From Hemiscyllium ocellatum (Eukaryota): a DNA stretch of 64,000 nucleotides. How positions within the stretch are numbered: position 1 is the stretch's first letter; each line of letters opens with the position of its first letter. Both the position numbers and the translations under genes were made by a program. Below, in pieces: positions 51,319 through 64,000 of this stretch. Below the pieces are notes generated by a model, which did not search any database, was not told the DNA's origin, and was given only the letters and a program-made list of their open reading frames with translations. Location of the stretch: assembly GCF_020745735.1 (NCBI RefSeq), contig NC_083449.1, positions 10,452,923 to 10,516,922 on the forward strand. The letters run 5' to 3'.

Positions 51319-52272
51319 TGTGGAGCCTCCTGCGAAGCGCTTCTTTGATGTTTCTTCCGGCATTTATAGTGGTCTGTCCTTGCCGCTTCCGGGTGTCAGT
51401 TTCAGCTGTCCGCTGTAGTGATTGGTATATTGGGTCCAGGTCGATGTGTCTGTTGATGGAGTTTGTGGATGAATGCCATGCCTCTAGGAATTCCCTGGCT
51501 GTTCTCTGTCTGGCTTGCCCTATGATAGTAGTGTTTTCCCAGTCGAATTCATGTTGCTTGTTGCCTGAGTGTGTGGCTACTAGGGATAGCTGGTCGTGTC
51601 GTTTCGTGGCTAGTTGGTGTTCATGTATGCGGATTGTTAGCTGTCTTCCTGTTTGTCCTATATAGTGTTTTGTGCAGTCCTTGCATGGTATTTTATAAAC
51701 TACATTAGTTTTGCTCATGTTGGGTATTGGCTCCTTTGTTCTAGTAAGTTGTTGTCTGAGGGTGGCTGTTGGTTTGTGTGCCGTTATGAGTCCTAGGGGT
51801 CGCAGTAGTCTGGCTGTCAGTTCTGAAACGCTCCTGATGTATGGTAGTGTGGCTAGTCCTTTTGGTTGTGGCATGTCCTCGTTCCGTGGTCTATCTCTTA
51901 GGCATCTGTTGATAAAGTTGCGCGGGTATCCATTTTTGGCAAATACCTTGTATAGGTGTTCCTCTTCCTCTTTTCGCAGTTCTGGTGTACTGCAGTGTGT
52001 TGTAGCTCTTTTGAATAGTGTCCTGATGGAGCTTCGTTTGTGTGTGTTGGGGTGGTTACTTTCATAGTTTAGGACTTGGTCTGTGTGTGTTGTTTTCCTG
52101 TGTACCCTTGTGGTGAATTCTCCGTTCGGTGTTCTCTGTACTATCACGTCTAGGAATGGGAGTTGGCTATCCTTTTCTACTTCTCTCATGAACCGGATGC
52201 CTGTGAGTGTGGCGTTGATGATCCGGTGTGTTTTTTCTATTTCCGTGTTTTTGATGATTACAAACGTGTCAT

Positions 52273-52575
52273 TAGATTACTTACAGTGTGGAAACAGGCC
52301 CTTCGGCCCAACAAGTCCACACCGACCCGCCGAAGCGCAACCCACCCATACCCATATATTTACCCCTTACCTAACACTACGGGCAATTTAGCATGGCCAA
52401 TTCACCTGACCCGCACATCTTTGGACTGTGGGAGGAAACCGGAGCACCCGGAGGAAACCCACACAGACACGGGGAGAATGTGCAAACTCCACACAGTCAG
52501 TCGCCTGAGTCGGGAATTGAACCCGGGTCTTCAGGCGCTGTGAGGCAGCAGTGCTAACCACTGTGCCACCGTGCC
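52273..52575 (-). mobile_element. HE1 SINE inserted in the RT active-site motif
   Basis: TSD gtcat (52268-52272, 52576-52580). Removing it restores YVDDTFV. Confidence 0.95.
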
Positions 52576-54044
52576 GTCATCGACATATCTGACCCAGAGT
52601 TTGGGTTGAATTTGTGGTATGGCTGTTTGTTCTAACCTTTGCATAATTGCCTCTGCTATGAGTCCCGAGATTGGTGATCCCATGGGTGTTCCGTTGATTT
52701 GTTCGTATATCTGATTGTTGAATGTAAAGTGTGTAGTGAGGCATAAGTCCAGTAGTTTAAGTATGCCGTCTTTGTTGATAGGTTCCGCCTCCTGTTTTCT
52801 GTTATGTATGTCCAGTAGGTTGGCTATTGTTTCTCTGGCTAGGGTTTTGTCAATCGAAGTGGACAGTGCTGTCACATCGAATGAGATCATGGTTTCTTCT
52901 TTGTCTGTGTGTGTATTCCTGATGGCGTCCAAGAATTCCTGTGTTGATTGTATGGAGTGTTTGGATCCGCTGACCAGGTGTTTCAGTTTCTGTTGTAGTT
53001 CTTTGGCCAGATTGTATGCTGGTGTCCCTGGTAGTGATACTATGGGTCTGAGTGGGATGTCTGGTTTGTGTACTTTGGGTAGTCCATAGAATCTGGGGGT
53101 GTTGTTGCTTTCCGGTTTCATTCTTCGTAGGTCCGCTTTGGTTATCTGTCCATTTTTTTGTAGATTCCTTAGAGTGTTATTTATTCTATTGGTGAGTTGT
53201 GGTGTGGGGTCCGAATCCTTCATTTGGTAGGTGTTGGTGTCTGCTAGTAGGTGTTGTGCTTTTTTGATGTAGTCTGATTTATCTAGGATGACAGTCATTC
53301 TGCCTTTATCTGCTGGTAGTATGATTATGTTCTTACCATTTCTTAGTGCTTTCAGTGCTTCCCTCTCCTTGGTGTTGAGGTTATGTGTTTGTCTTTTTCT
53401 TATCATCATAGGTACGACCGTTTGTCTCACTGTTTGTTGTGTCTCTTCAGTCAGTCCATTGTTCCTGAGTGTGCATTCCAGTGCTGCTAGGAAGTCTGCT
53501 GTCTTGGCGTCCCTGTGGTTGTAGTTGAGTCCCTTGATCAGTATAGTTCTATCTGTGTCTGTGGGAGAGGTTTTTAACCCAGGTGTGTGTTGTAGTGTCC
53601 TCTTTTTTGTGTGTTAGTTTGGCCAGTTTTTCTTTTAGTGCCGTTTTTTTGCGATGTGTTGTCCTGTTCTGTCCTATAGTGACAGCCTGTTCTATGGTCC
53701 GGGTCCATTCATGATTAGCGGTCTTTGAAATTAACGACTTTTGGCGCGCAATTTCTTGTTTGTATTTTTGCAGTCGGTTGTGAGCGTCTGTGATCATTAC
53801 CTGGATCATCCTGAGTCCGTTCTGCTTGGCTGTTTCCCTGGCTTGTGGATTATTGACTGGTGGTCTGTACCTGACACATTGTGGAAGGATTTGATTCTTT
53901 CGGTATTCGTGTAGAAACCGGAGTTGTTCATATGTTGCGCTTAGGCAGTTAGCGCAGGATTCCCATTTCCTGGCTTGTCTCAGCGCCTCTCGCCCGTAAG
54001 TGTTCAAAGTTTGTAGCAGGTCAGGCAGCATCCAAGGATCAGGA

Positions 54045-54082
54045 GAATCGACATTTCAGGCATGAGCCCTTCTTCAGGAATC
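54045..54082 (-). ncRNA. Hammerhead motif of a different PLE family at the 5' end of the element
   Basis: gauuc-CUGAAGA-a-GGGC ucau GCCU-GAAA-ug-UC-gauuc. Confidence 0.65.
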
Positions 54083-54353
54083 CTGCAATCTGTACCTGTC
54101 ATATTTGTGTGTGCATGATTATTGTTCTCTCCCTTTCTATTGCTGCAATGTGAGAGTAGATATCAATTGATGCCTGTAAGATTTGGCTGTGTCTATGAGA
54201 GTTTAGGATTTGATGTATACATGCCAGTTTCTGTGTGACTGTGGGAGCGAAGTTCTCAATGAGTTCCAATCACTTTCAACTCTAATATTTCAAAGTTGCT
54301 CAATTTTCTGGCAGCCAATAATATACTAAGAGTCTACTGATGTCCATGAATCT

Positions 54354-54663
54354 ATTAGATTAGACTTACAGTGTGGAAACAGGCCCTTCGGCCCAACAAG
54401 TCCACACCGACCCGCCGAAGCGAAACCCACCCATACCCCTACATTTACCCCTTACTTAACACTACGGGCAATTTAGCATGGCCAATTCACCTGACCCGCA
54501 CATCTTTGGACTGTGGGAGGAAACCGGAGCACCCGGAGGAAACCCACGCAGACACGGGGAGAACATGCAAACTCCACACAGTCAGTCGTCTGAGTCGGGA
54601 ATTGAACCCGGGTCTCAGGCGCTGTGAGACAGCAGTGCTAACCACTGTGCCACCGTGCCGCCC
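54354..54663 (-). mobile_element. HE1 SINE, young
   Basis: Near identical to 52273-52575. Confidence 0.92.
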
Positions 54664-56387
54664 ACGGTGTTGATTGCCAGAAAAAAACCATCTGGTTCAG
54701 TCATGTCCTTGAATGAAGGAAACTGCCATCCTTCCCTTGTCTGGCCTACATGTGACTCCAGACCCACATCAATGTGGCTGCATGGGTAGGTAGGGATGGG
54801 CAATAAATGCTGGCTGAGTCAGTGATGCCCCCATCACATGAATGAATGAGAAAATAAAATCCAGTGACTGAGATTCAATCTGATAATAGTGTTTAGGGTG
54901 TTGAGATTGGGTCTTAATCTCCTATACATTTTGTAACGTATGACTCAGTCACAGAATTGGTACAGCCATTCAGCCTGTTGTGTCTGCACTGGGACATTCT
55001 ATTCTTTATCTGTTCTCCATACTAGTTTCCACTAATTGTTGGGATTCTAATCTTCATTCACTCATTCACAGCCAGTGTCTCGGTGTAAGTGCCAATTTAA
55101 GATTAGTTGTACAGTTATCGGCCTTTGAATAGTGCCAGTTTTGCTCTGTGTGCAACAGTGACAAGTCAAGGAAAGGATGTTATTCTCTTTCTATGCTCAG
55201 TGGTGCTTTCCTTCAGTCAGGGTGTTAGGATAAACCCGTTCACTATTCGATAAACCTGAGTGATTGAGGGATCAGTGTTGGTTCAATACTTATCTTTGCA
55301 AAGAATCTGAATTTTATTGTATTCAATCTCAGTTTTCTTTTTACATTTTCTTCTGGAACAGTGTGTGCAGTAGTCTTTGGCAGTTGCTGCTGGGCACTGC
55401 AATAATGTAACATCTAATACTAACATCTTCTGAAGCGATTAATAATATGGTCAGTCAATTTATGACTGTCCATATCTGGAAGCAGTTATGGGCCTAAATC
55501 ACAATTTTATCCCCTTTTTACCATTAACTAGCTGAGTGAGTGTGTTTTCGGTTGTGTTGCCAATCTGTATCACTTTAAAGAGTGGCACTGGTCGAGATCA
55601 CACCAACATTGTCTGTATGTCTCTGCGAGATTCCAATTCTGATACACTTTATGAGGTGGTTTTAAGGTCTTATCATTCAGTGTTTCGTACATTAAAAAAG
55701 TATGGAAATGCTTCTGCATTACTGAGGCCCTCAACCAGAATGGGAGCGTGCATGAAGTGTGTTTTCATCAACATTAGGCTGAGAGCGAGAATGAGACAGA
55801 GACAGACATAGGTGTGTATGTACATATGTGAATGAGCATTAAGCATCCTCTCTAGAAGCATCCTCTGTAGATAAGGCTTGACCAAGAGGTTCATTTGAAA
55901 TTTACATTGTTTGATTGTTAACTTTGTAGAGGACAACTGTTTATCAAAAGAATAATTTTATCCTGCTCAATTACTCATGTGTCCAACATTGCTTCTATAT
56001 CTGCACTCCAAATATGCACTTCATATTTAAATGTTATAACTATGTAAAACCATGATTGGTTTGTTCAAATTGATTGTAACTTTAAAAATGCCAAAATCTA
56101 CATGTGAATTTAATGCAGGTCATAAATGTATATTTATTAAAAGCATACAGTCTAACCTGTTTCTAATCTTATGAACCTTCACAAACCTTGCAATCTTATC
56201 AGTGAAGTTACTGTCACTGAATTGGTAAGCACTGAGAACAGGGCAAAATAATATACATTTATATATCGTCAGTTGTGTTCAACTCTTGGATTGAATGTGT
56301 ACTTCTGGAAATGGAGCTCAATGTGTGTCTGGCTCAATCACTCAGACAGTGGAAAGGATATTCTCCTCTCTGACAGTGGTAACATAC

Positions 56388-56442
56388 CTGCTGGGTGTGA
56401 GAAGCAGCTGGTCACACTTGGATTGATCCATCAAATATTTGC
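56388..56442 (-). other. 55-nt exon of the unidentified gene family (copy C, exon 2)
   Basis: tctttctccag|GCAAATATTTG...CCCAGCAG|gtatgt. Reads (G)KYLMDQSKCDQLLLTPSR. Confidence 0.55.
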
Positions 56443-56655
56443 CTGGAGAAAGACAAAAGAGAGAGCTCCTGTACATCACCAGTAGCTGAGTAGGAAGACA
56501 TCAAATGATCAATGCAATATTCAGGTCATGATCATTATAATTCTTTACTTTTGATCAGGGCAAGGTGAACAGTTCCACTCGAGCTCTTTGCAGTCTTTTT
56601 CTGTTTCCCAAATTCTAAAACATTTCGCTTAGATAAAATAAAATCACCACAAATG

Positions 56656-56929
56656 ATTAGGTTAGTTACAGTGTGGAAACAGGCCCTTCGGCCCAACAAG
56701 TCCACACCGACCCGCCGAAGCGCAAACCACCCAGACCCATTCCCCGACATTTCCCCTTTCACCTAACACTACGGGCAATTTAGCACGACCAATTCACCTA
56801 ACCTGCACATTTTTGGACTGTGGGAGGAAACCCACGCAGACACGGGGAGAATGTGCAAACTCCACTGAGGCGGGAATTGAACCCGGGTCGCTGGGGCTGA
56901 GACAACAGTGCTTACCAACGTGCCGCCCA
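56656..56929 (-). mobile_element. HE1-like SINE
   Basis: Tail cagtgtggaaacaggcccttcggcccaacaag plus HE1 body. Absent from the paralog at ~19800. Confidence 0.85.
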
Positions 56930-57334
56930 CTATGGAATGATTACACAGTTCAATGTCCAGCTCCCAATACATTAACTGCTGAAAAACAAATACTAGGTAC
57001 GATTTCACGTACTTGGAGCAGTTTATCCGGTGCCTGCTATATTTATCCTACACAGGATTATCACATTTGTTTCTACTGTCCTTTATTTCAATGTTTATTC
57101 GCAACAAACAGCGTGAAACAGAAGCCAAACAATAAACTCCCATCAGTGTTTAGGGGATAAAAACCACAAGAATGTCCCACAGCAGCTTCTTCCCGCTCTG
57201 TCTCCCTCAGCAAGCCCACACACAGCCCGAGAAAGGCCTCTCTCTTCCCCCCAGCCCGCTCACTCCAAGTCCCGGGCCCAGTTCCTGCTCCGCCCGGCCT
57301 CTTACAAACAGCCCCCGGTTCTCCCTGAACTCAC

Positions 57335-57585
57335 CCCGAATCAATCCCGGTCACGGAGCCCCTTCTGTGTCGCAGGCTCCCATCTCGATGTGCTGCTGGA
57401 AGGAGTCTGTTGTCCCTTCGCTTCCCTGGGCACTGATCTCTCCGTTACGGTCTGTTTCAAACAAACCTATTGTACTCACTGAGTAAATGCTCCTCAATTG
57501 CAGCGCGGGGGGAGGGCCACATGCATGCGCTCCTCTACACAGGCACAATCAGCTTTGGAGGAGGGACTACATTGCGCATGCGTTA
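57335..57585 (-). promoter_or_regulatory. Promoter and putative first exon of the unidentified gene family, copy C
   Basis: tgcatgcgc (~57522) and tgcgcatgcg (57573-57582). Donor CGGG|gtgagt at 57335. Confidence 0.6.
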
Positions 57586-58351
57586 TTTTCCCAACACGTC
57601 CCAGAAATAAACATCAATTGGTCATTTCCCCAATTCCCTTTTCTCCCAGTTTGACCAAAGGAACTGGGGCTGTGGGGGAAAGGTCAGAGAACATTTCAAG
57701 CTGGGAACTGTCCCTTTATGAAGTTCCAATGGCGCTCATTCCCGGATCATGTTAATAACTCCTCCCTCCGACACTCCCCTGTGCCCACCATTCAATAACA
57801 TAACGTCTGATCGAATGTTAACTGTGGTATGTAATCCTGCTGACCCCTCATCCACAAATATTAACTCCTTGCCCAAAGTATCATACAGAGAGATGGAATA
57901 AGTGGACCAGTCTTACGAAGGCAGAAAATGACTGATGTAGAAAGTCTTGCATCACAGTGTCAGTGCTTATTTCTGAATCAGGAGGCCCGTGGAAAAGCCA
58001 GACCTGGTGTGCAATAACATCTCTGGGACTCGATTTAGTTTATCGTGGATGACAGATTTTCGTGTCATGTATGCTACAGACAGAAACCTTGTGATGTTTT
58101 TGTTTATTCACTCCTGGAGCGTGGATGTCGCTGGCTGAGCCGACCATTTATTCTCCATCCCTTTGAGAAGGCGATGTTGAGCCACCTTCTGGAACAGCTG
58201 TTGTCCACATGCTGCCAACAATGCCATGAATAAGGAGTTCCAGGGTCTTGATCCAGTGACAGTGAAAGAAAGCGGTTTTATTTCGAAGTCAGCATAGTGC
58301 GTGCCTTGGAGGGGAACTTGTCCGACATCAAGGCGGTGTTCCCTGACATCA

Positions 58352-58612
58352 TTTGGAGATGCCGATGTTGGACTGGGATGTACAAAGTTAAAAATCACAC
58401 AACACCAGGTTATAATCCAACAGATTTAATTGGAAGCACACTAGCTTTCGGAGCGACGCTCCTTCATCAGGTGATAGTGGACAAACCTTCGGAGTGCTGC
58501 CCCTCCATCAGATGTCTGTATTTAGAAAGCTTGTACTTCCTAATAAACCTGTTTGACTATAACCTGGTGGAGTGTCATTTTTAACTTTGTCCAGCCCCGG
58601 CACCTCCACATT
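58352..58612. mobile_element. Palindromic Penelope terminal-repeat cluster with an intact hammerhead motif (58439-58473, minus strand)
   Basis: Minus strand CAC-CUGAUGA-a-GGAGC guc GCUCC-GAAA-gc-UA-GUG. Left and right arms are reverse complements. Confidence 0.8.
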
Positions 58613-58735
58613 ATGTTAGATGGATTAGTCAGGGATTAATGTAGGGGAATTGGTCTCGGTGGGGTTGCTCTTCGGAAGGTCGGTGTGGATTTATTGGGCT
58701 GAAGGGCCTATCTCCACACTGTGGTTAATCTAATC
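58612..58735 (+). mobile_element. HE1-like SINE 3' fragment
   Basis: ttcggaaggtcggtgtggatttattgggctgaagggccta..ccacactgt..taatctaatc. Confidence 0.75.
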
Positions 58736-59035
58736 ATAAAGTGAGATTCTGTCCTTTTATTGGTGTACACTGTATTGGCTTTTAAGATATTTAAATTGGC
58801 GATTGATTGATTCACGGCCGATACAAGTTCGGTTGTTCAGTTTGCCTGGGCTGTTTTAAACCCCGCCTTTCCTCCTGCCTGTTACAGACAGATCAGGCAA
58901 TGATCCCGCCTCCTGTACGCGATGACAGATAACTAGGTTTTAAAGAGTTACCATAAAATTTTATCTTAGTTGCAGACCGATGGTGTTTTGCGTTTTAATG
59001 GATACTTTAATCTCAAGGTTTGTAAGGGTGAATTC

Positions 59036-59200
59036 GGCGGGCATTTTGAAATTGACCAACTGTCATTTCCAGTGAACCAATCAGACTCCAACAATTCTTT
59101 CCCAGCTTTTTCTGTCTCTTCCGCAGCTATTTCTCTGTGGGTTGAGGGACAGGGCTGTATCCAATCCTAGCTCTAGGGCGGGCTTTCCATTCCCTTAAAC
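59036..59200 (+). promoter_or_regulatory. H3 promoter: CDE/CHR-like element, CCAAT boxes, GC box and TATA-like element
   Basis: GGCGG-gcat-TTTGAA (59036-59050). CCAAT at ~59077 and 59161, gggcgg at ~59176, cttaaa at ~59194. Confidence 0.7.
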
Positions 59201-59243
59201 AGGCAGCACCGCAGCAGCCGCCTGTGTGTGTTACAGAGAGTAG

Positions 59244-59660
<417 letters not shown>

Positions 59661-59713
59661 ACGGAGCCTGGCCGGCCCTGCACATTCACCCCCGAGATAA
59701 AGAACAACACAAA

Positions 59714-59750
59714 GGCTCTTTTCAGAGCCACTAAACTATCCAGAGAGAGC
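59714..59750 (+). terminator. Histone stem-loop and downstream element of H3
   Basis: CAAA-GGCTCTTTTCAGAGCC-ACTAA (59714-59729), then purine-rich agagagagc. Confidence 0.95.
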
Positions 59751-61797
59751 AGAAAGCAATCGCAGTCTTTGCAACATGTATTTGAATAATACTAAAGGGG
59801 GACGGGCGTGACGTCAGTAACGTATTACAGGGGCGATAGTTGAAGATACAGATCGCACAGCCTGCGGTGGTTAGAATGTACGCTGCTGTGAATGTTATGT
59901 AACTTTCACATGCTTCATTATAGTAGTGCAAATTAATTCCGGATTAAACCCCCTCTGTCCTCACTGTCTCCCTTGGTGTTCCCGCCAGCTGTAACTATAT
60001 GATCATTGCTGAGTAAGCGGGCGGGAAAACTTGGCGCCAAATCATCAACCGTTTTCTTTCAAATTTGAAAATCCCGCCGAACTGTAGATCCGAGAAGGGA
60101 GTATTCGTATTTAGTCATTACCCGAAAGAAAAATTGTAAATTAATGCGTCTAGAAGCTATTTGAAGGATTCGAGATTGTCTTCGGAGGGAATGAATACCC
60201 TCATCCAGCCCTGTGAGGATTTCGTGAATGTTCTTCGGCGTGAACGCATTAATAACGAACGCCGCCTTTGGGTATTATTTTAATACCGTGCCCCCTTATT
60301 GCAAAAGCTCCACATTAACAATTCCAGTCCGGCAACTGTTCTGGTTTGATCTCAGTTCGTTTTGAAAGCTTCTAACCGACAGCAGAAAGCCTTATTTACA
60401 CTATTCTGCAACACAACAGAAGCCGCCATGAGTGTTGGAAAAATTTTAAAAATGTGTAACGTTTGTAAGAAAATGAGCACTTTTGTTTCCGAGTGGTGAC
60501 ACTCAGGGCTCACACCCCAACCTCGGATTGTCACTCCCGGAATAATCAAATATAAGAGAGTGACTTGAGCAAATAGCAACAAACGGAAAGAAAAAAAGAT
60601 TCACTGGTGTTTCAATATGATCCCTAGAAGAAGGGAGAAGAGAGGGCACATTCTCTACTCTTGATGCCAGCGCCAAATCATCAACCCCTTTCCTTCCAAT
60701 TTGAAAAGCCAGCCATTTCACAAATAACGGAGTATGTTTTCCATAGAAAAATGATATATAAAAAGGAGAACGTTCTTCAGAGGGGAATTCGTCAATACTT
60801 GTTATAAATATATACTTCAGACAATCTCTCTCGCTCATTCATTTGCCTAACTGCATCTATCACTTTCTACTTTTTTTCTGGACCTGAAGAACTGGCAAAA
60901 ACAAAAAACAAGCGTCAAGAACTGCAATTTATCTCTTCATTTCACATTTCGAAAGCACTCCGATATGTTGATTCAACATTACAGAACGTTCTTCCAGCTG
61001 AGCTCATTAATCGTCTTTAGACAATATCTTAATATCGCCCAGCCTTTTTGCACTAGTTCTGACATCAGCAAAAACTCCACATTTGCTGTCCCAGTCCTGC
61101 AACTGCTCTGGTTTGATCTCGGTTCATTTTGATAATCTCTCACCGACAGCAGAAAGCCTCCTTTACTGTAATTTGAAATCGGAGAAAACAGCGCCAGAAA
61201 CCCAGTTTCGAGTCTACTAGGCATAGAACTAAAGGCGAGATGTATCTACTCCTTGTACTCAAAGACGGAGACACGTTGCTTTTTGGTTTGCCTGGGGAGA
61301 TATTCGCCGTTCATATCCCAGCGTGAATGGTGGCTCCGGAACTGACATTTGAAGTGTTCGTCCAAATACTTTTTAAAGGTTAAGGTTTCTGGCCTCCACT
61401 ACCTTCGCATGCAGTGTCTTCCAGATTTCCACCACTTGCTGAGTGAAAAGATTTTTCTGAAATTCCCTCAACATCGTTACATCTAACTCTTCCCCATAGC
61501 GAGGATCCTTACGCTTACCATATCATTACCCAAACCCCACTTGTGATTGCTCGCTCAAACAAGGAAAACAGCTTCTCTACATTCACCCTGTCCCACACGC
61601 CTCATTATTCGTTAATACTTTATTCACGTGTTTCCACCGCAGTCTTCTCTGCTCTAGAGAAAACATTCATTCTTTTAATCCCAATCCTCAATATTGCGGT
61701 GGATTTATCACCGCTGCTGTCACAGTTTAATTTCAATAATTTATTCCTGCATCCTTAGGCGATGCTGCCCTTCCTCCAAAGCAACGTCCCTGAGTAG

Positions 61798-61997
61798 AGG
61801 AGCGCATGCGTGAGACCCTCCCCCAGCGCTGTCATTGAGGAGCATTTACTCAGTGAGTGCAAGAGGTTTGTTTGAAACAGACCGCAATGGAGAGATCAGC
61901 GCCCAGGGAAGCGAGGGAACAGCAGGCTCCTTCCAGCGGCACATCGGGATGGGAGCCTGGGACACAGAGGGGGCTCTGAGACTGGGATTGATTCGGG
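61798..61997 (+). promoter_or_regulatory. Promoter and putative first exon of the unidentified gene family, copy D
   Basis: gagcgcatgcgtg at 61800-61812. Donor TTCGGG|gtgagt at 61997. Confidence 0.6.
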
Positions 61998-62536
61998 GTG
62001 AGTTCAGGGAGAACCGGGGGCTGTTTGTAAGAGGCCGAGCCGAGCATGAACTCGTCCCGGAACTTGGAGTGTGCGGGCCTGCTGAGGGAGGCAGACTGGG
62101 AAGAAGCTGCTGTGGGACATTCTTAGGTTTGCGATCCCCTAAACACGGATGGGAATTCATTGTTTGGCTTCTATTTCATGCTGTTTGTTGGGAATAGACA
62201 TTGAATAGTAGGTAATTAAAGGACAGTATATCTAAATGTGAGAGTAGTGCCTGTTGTTCTTCCTTCAACAGTTAATGTATTGGGAGCTGAATATTGAACT
62301 TGCAGATGTTGGTTAGTTTTTGTACATTAGTAAATTGTTTTAGAATTTCGCAAACAGATAAAAAGACTGGGAGGAGCTCAGAGCTAGAGTGGAACCAGTC
62401 CTTGCTATGTTCACCTTGCCCTGTTTAAAAACAAAGAATTATCATGATCATGACCTGAATATTGCATTGATTAGTTGATGTCTTTCTACTTAGCTGATGG
62501 TGATTTACAGGAAATATCCCTCTTGTCTTCCTCCAG

Positions 62537-62618
62537 GCAAATGATTGATGGACCAATACAATGTAATATTTCCTCAGTACAAAGCCAAGTGTGACCAGCT
62601 GCTTCTAACAAACAGCAG
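62537..62618 (+). other. 82-nt exon of the unidentified gene family (copy D, exon 2)
   Basis: cttcctccag|GCAAATGA...AACAGCAG|gtatgt. Reads (G)K*LMDQYNVIFPQYKAKCDQLLLTNSR. Confidence 0.55.
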
Positions 62619-64000
62619 GTATGTTACTGTTGTCAGATTGGAGAACATCCTTTCCACAGTCAGAATGGATTGAGTCAGACACACATTGAGCTTAATTTCC
62701 AGAAGTACACATTCAATCCAAGAGTCAAACACAACTGATGCAATATATTTCTTGATTTCTCCCTATACTCAATGCACAACGGCTCAGTTCCAATAAATGC
62801 CATGATGCTTAGTCAATTATCATTTGCAACATCAGAAGAGGGATAGATTTTATCCTCTTATGAAATATACATTAAGGAAGTGTACTAACTCCACATGGAA
62901 TGCAGGCAATTTTAAAGTTACAGTCAAGGTGAACAAACAGATCATTCTGTTACATTATTAAAGCAAGGATTTCTAAAAATATAGAGGGAAACTTTGGCAT
63001 TATCAGTAACTGAGAAGGACAAAATTAATCTTTTGATAAATAGAAGTCCTATGTGAAAGGCACAACAACTAAACAGTGTAAATTCCAAATGAACCTCTGA
63101 GCCAAAGCTTGACATACACACAACTGCCATCTCCAAACCACGCTCTTATGCGTGCTTGCATACATATGCACACACACCATTCTCTCTCTCACAGCTACTG
63201 ATTGATTTACAATTGTTGCAAATTTGTATGCCATCCTGAAATACTCATTCCAACATCTAAAAGTAATGAAAATCCATATACACCGCAACTAGCAGAAAAC
63301 ATTTCATCAAACTGATTTCTATTCATATCAAGTCAAAGAAATTTACAGCACAGAATAAGTCTCTTGAAATTATTAAGTCTGACTGATCAAAGATAGTCTA
63401 TAACAACATAACAGTTGACTGAGCTAACAATTCTAGTTCCTTTCAACCAGCATTCCATTTTCGTAAAACTATCATGGCAGCAGAGAAGCTGTCATCTCCA
63501 TCTGTATTGTAACCTCATTCTCCATTTCATCATTTTGTAGTTATTTTATTTTTCTGTCCAGCAAGAAACTTAAACACACACCCCCAAGCCCCCACACACA
63601 CTTCAAAAACACTGGCAGGTACAATCTGTTGAATGCATTTGCACATTTATAAAGTAGATGTTGACAAATACAGATTCACAGCTACATCCTGAGTTACACA
63701 GAGCAGAATATAACAGGGACAGATTGGTCAATTACACTCAAATGCACATGGCAGGACATTTCAGAGGAAGACATTCTCATTCACAAAGCAGAAACTTATT
63801 GGAACAGATTGATAACACTGTTTCAAATTACTTAAATTGACATGTATGGTTTGATAATATCACTCATATTCACAGGAGAAACTGACAGGTAGAGATTGAT
63901 AACACAAGAAATCAGAGTTATATTTGAGGTCTAGTGACCCTTCCTCAGAACTGAGTGTGTACATTTTTCTAGCTGCCACATGGTCTTCCCTATTCTAGGG

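Larger units (their letters stand above)
51245..54085 (-). mobile_element. Near-complete Penelope-like retroelement (RT plus GIY-YIG endonuclease), disrupted
   Basis: Motifs NLS..KGLNY, ILPADKG, PRFYGLPKVHK..PLRPIVS, FDV, GTPMGSPIS, YVDD, LPFLDV and VVYKIPCKDC..YIGQTGR. 8-bp TSD caatctgt (51237-51244, 54086-54093). Frameshift at ~53560 and a SINE in YVDD. Confidence 0.95.
48630..55790. repeat. Direct paralog of ~1480-6220 (exon, minisatellite, Rex1 and PLE relics), interrupted by younger insertions
   Basis: Collinear matches, for example accaattcactgagaaccagatactaac (~1840 / ~48971) and aaaaagtatggaaatgcttctgcattact (~6116 / ~55695). Confidence 0.85.

Noticed and set aside
51315-53524. Plus-strand ORFs opposite the Penelope ORF
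   Set aside because: Antisense shadows of an A/C-rich coding strand.

Overview
Eukaryotic (not microbial) DNA from a cartilaginous fish. HE1-type tRNA-SINEs with (TAATC)n tails, dense CR1 LINEs and a shark-type histone H1 point to a shark, possibly a bamboo shark. The window is a decaying, repeat-rich part of a replication-dependent histone cluster. It has one intact H3.2 (59250-59660 +), one intact H1 (12504-13184 -), and H3, H2A and H2B pseudogenes. A roughly window-wide inverted segmental duplication organises it. Two structures are not visible in the ORF track. (1) A frameshifted Fc-receptor-like (FCRL-type) gene remnant on the minus strand: two Ig exons, an intact TM exon and cytoplasmic exons (22736-27471). 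(2) An unidentified spliced gene family in four copies (NRF1-motif promoter, donor-terminated first exon, six copies of an 82/55-nt exon) flanking the H3 genes. Penelope-like elements supply at least three families of minimal hammerhead-ribozyme motifs, including 61-107 bp TSD-flanked mini-insertions and a chimeric near-complete Penelope element. No CRISPR array, rRNA gene or genuine tRNA gene was found. Repeat boundaries were read by eye and are approximate.
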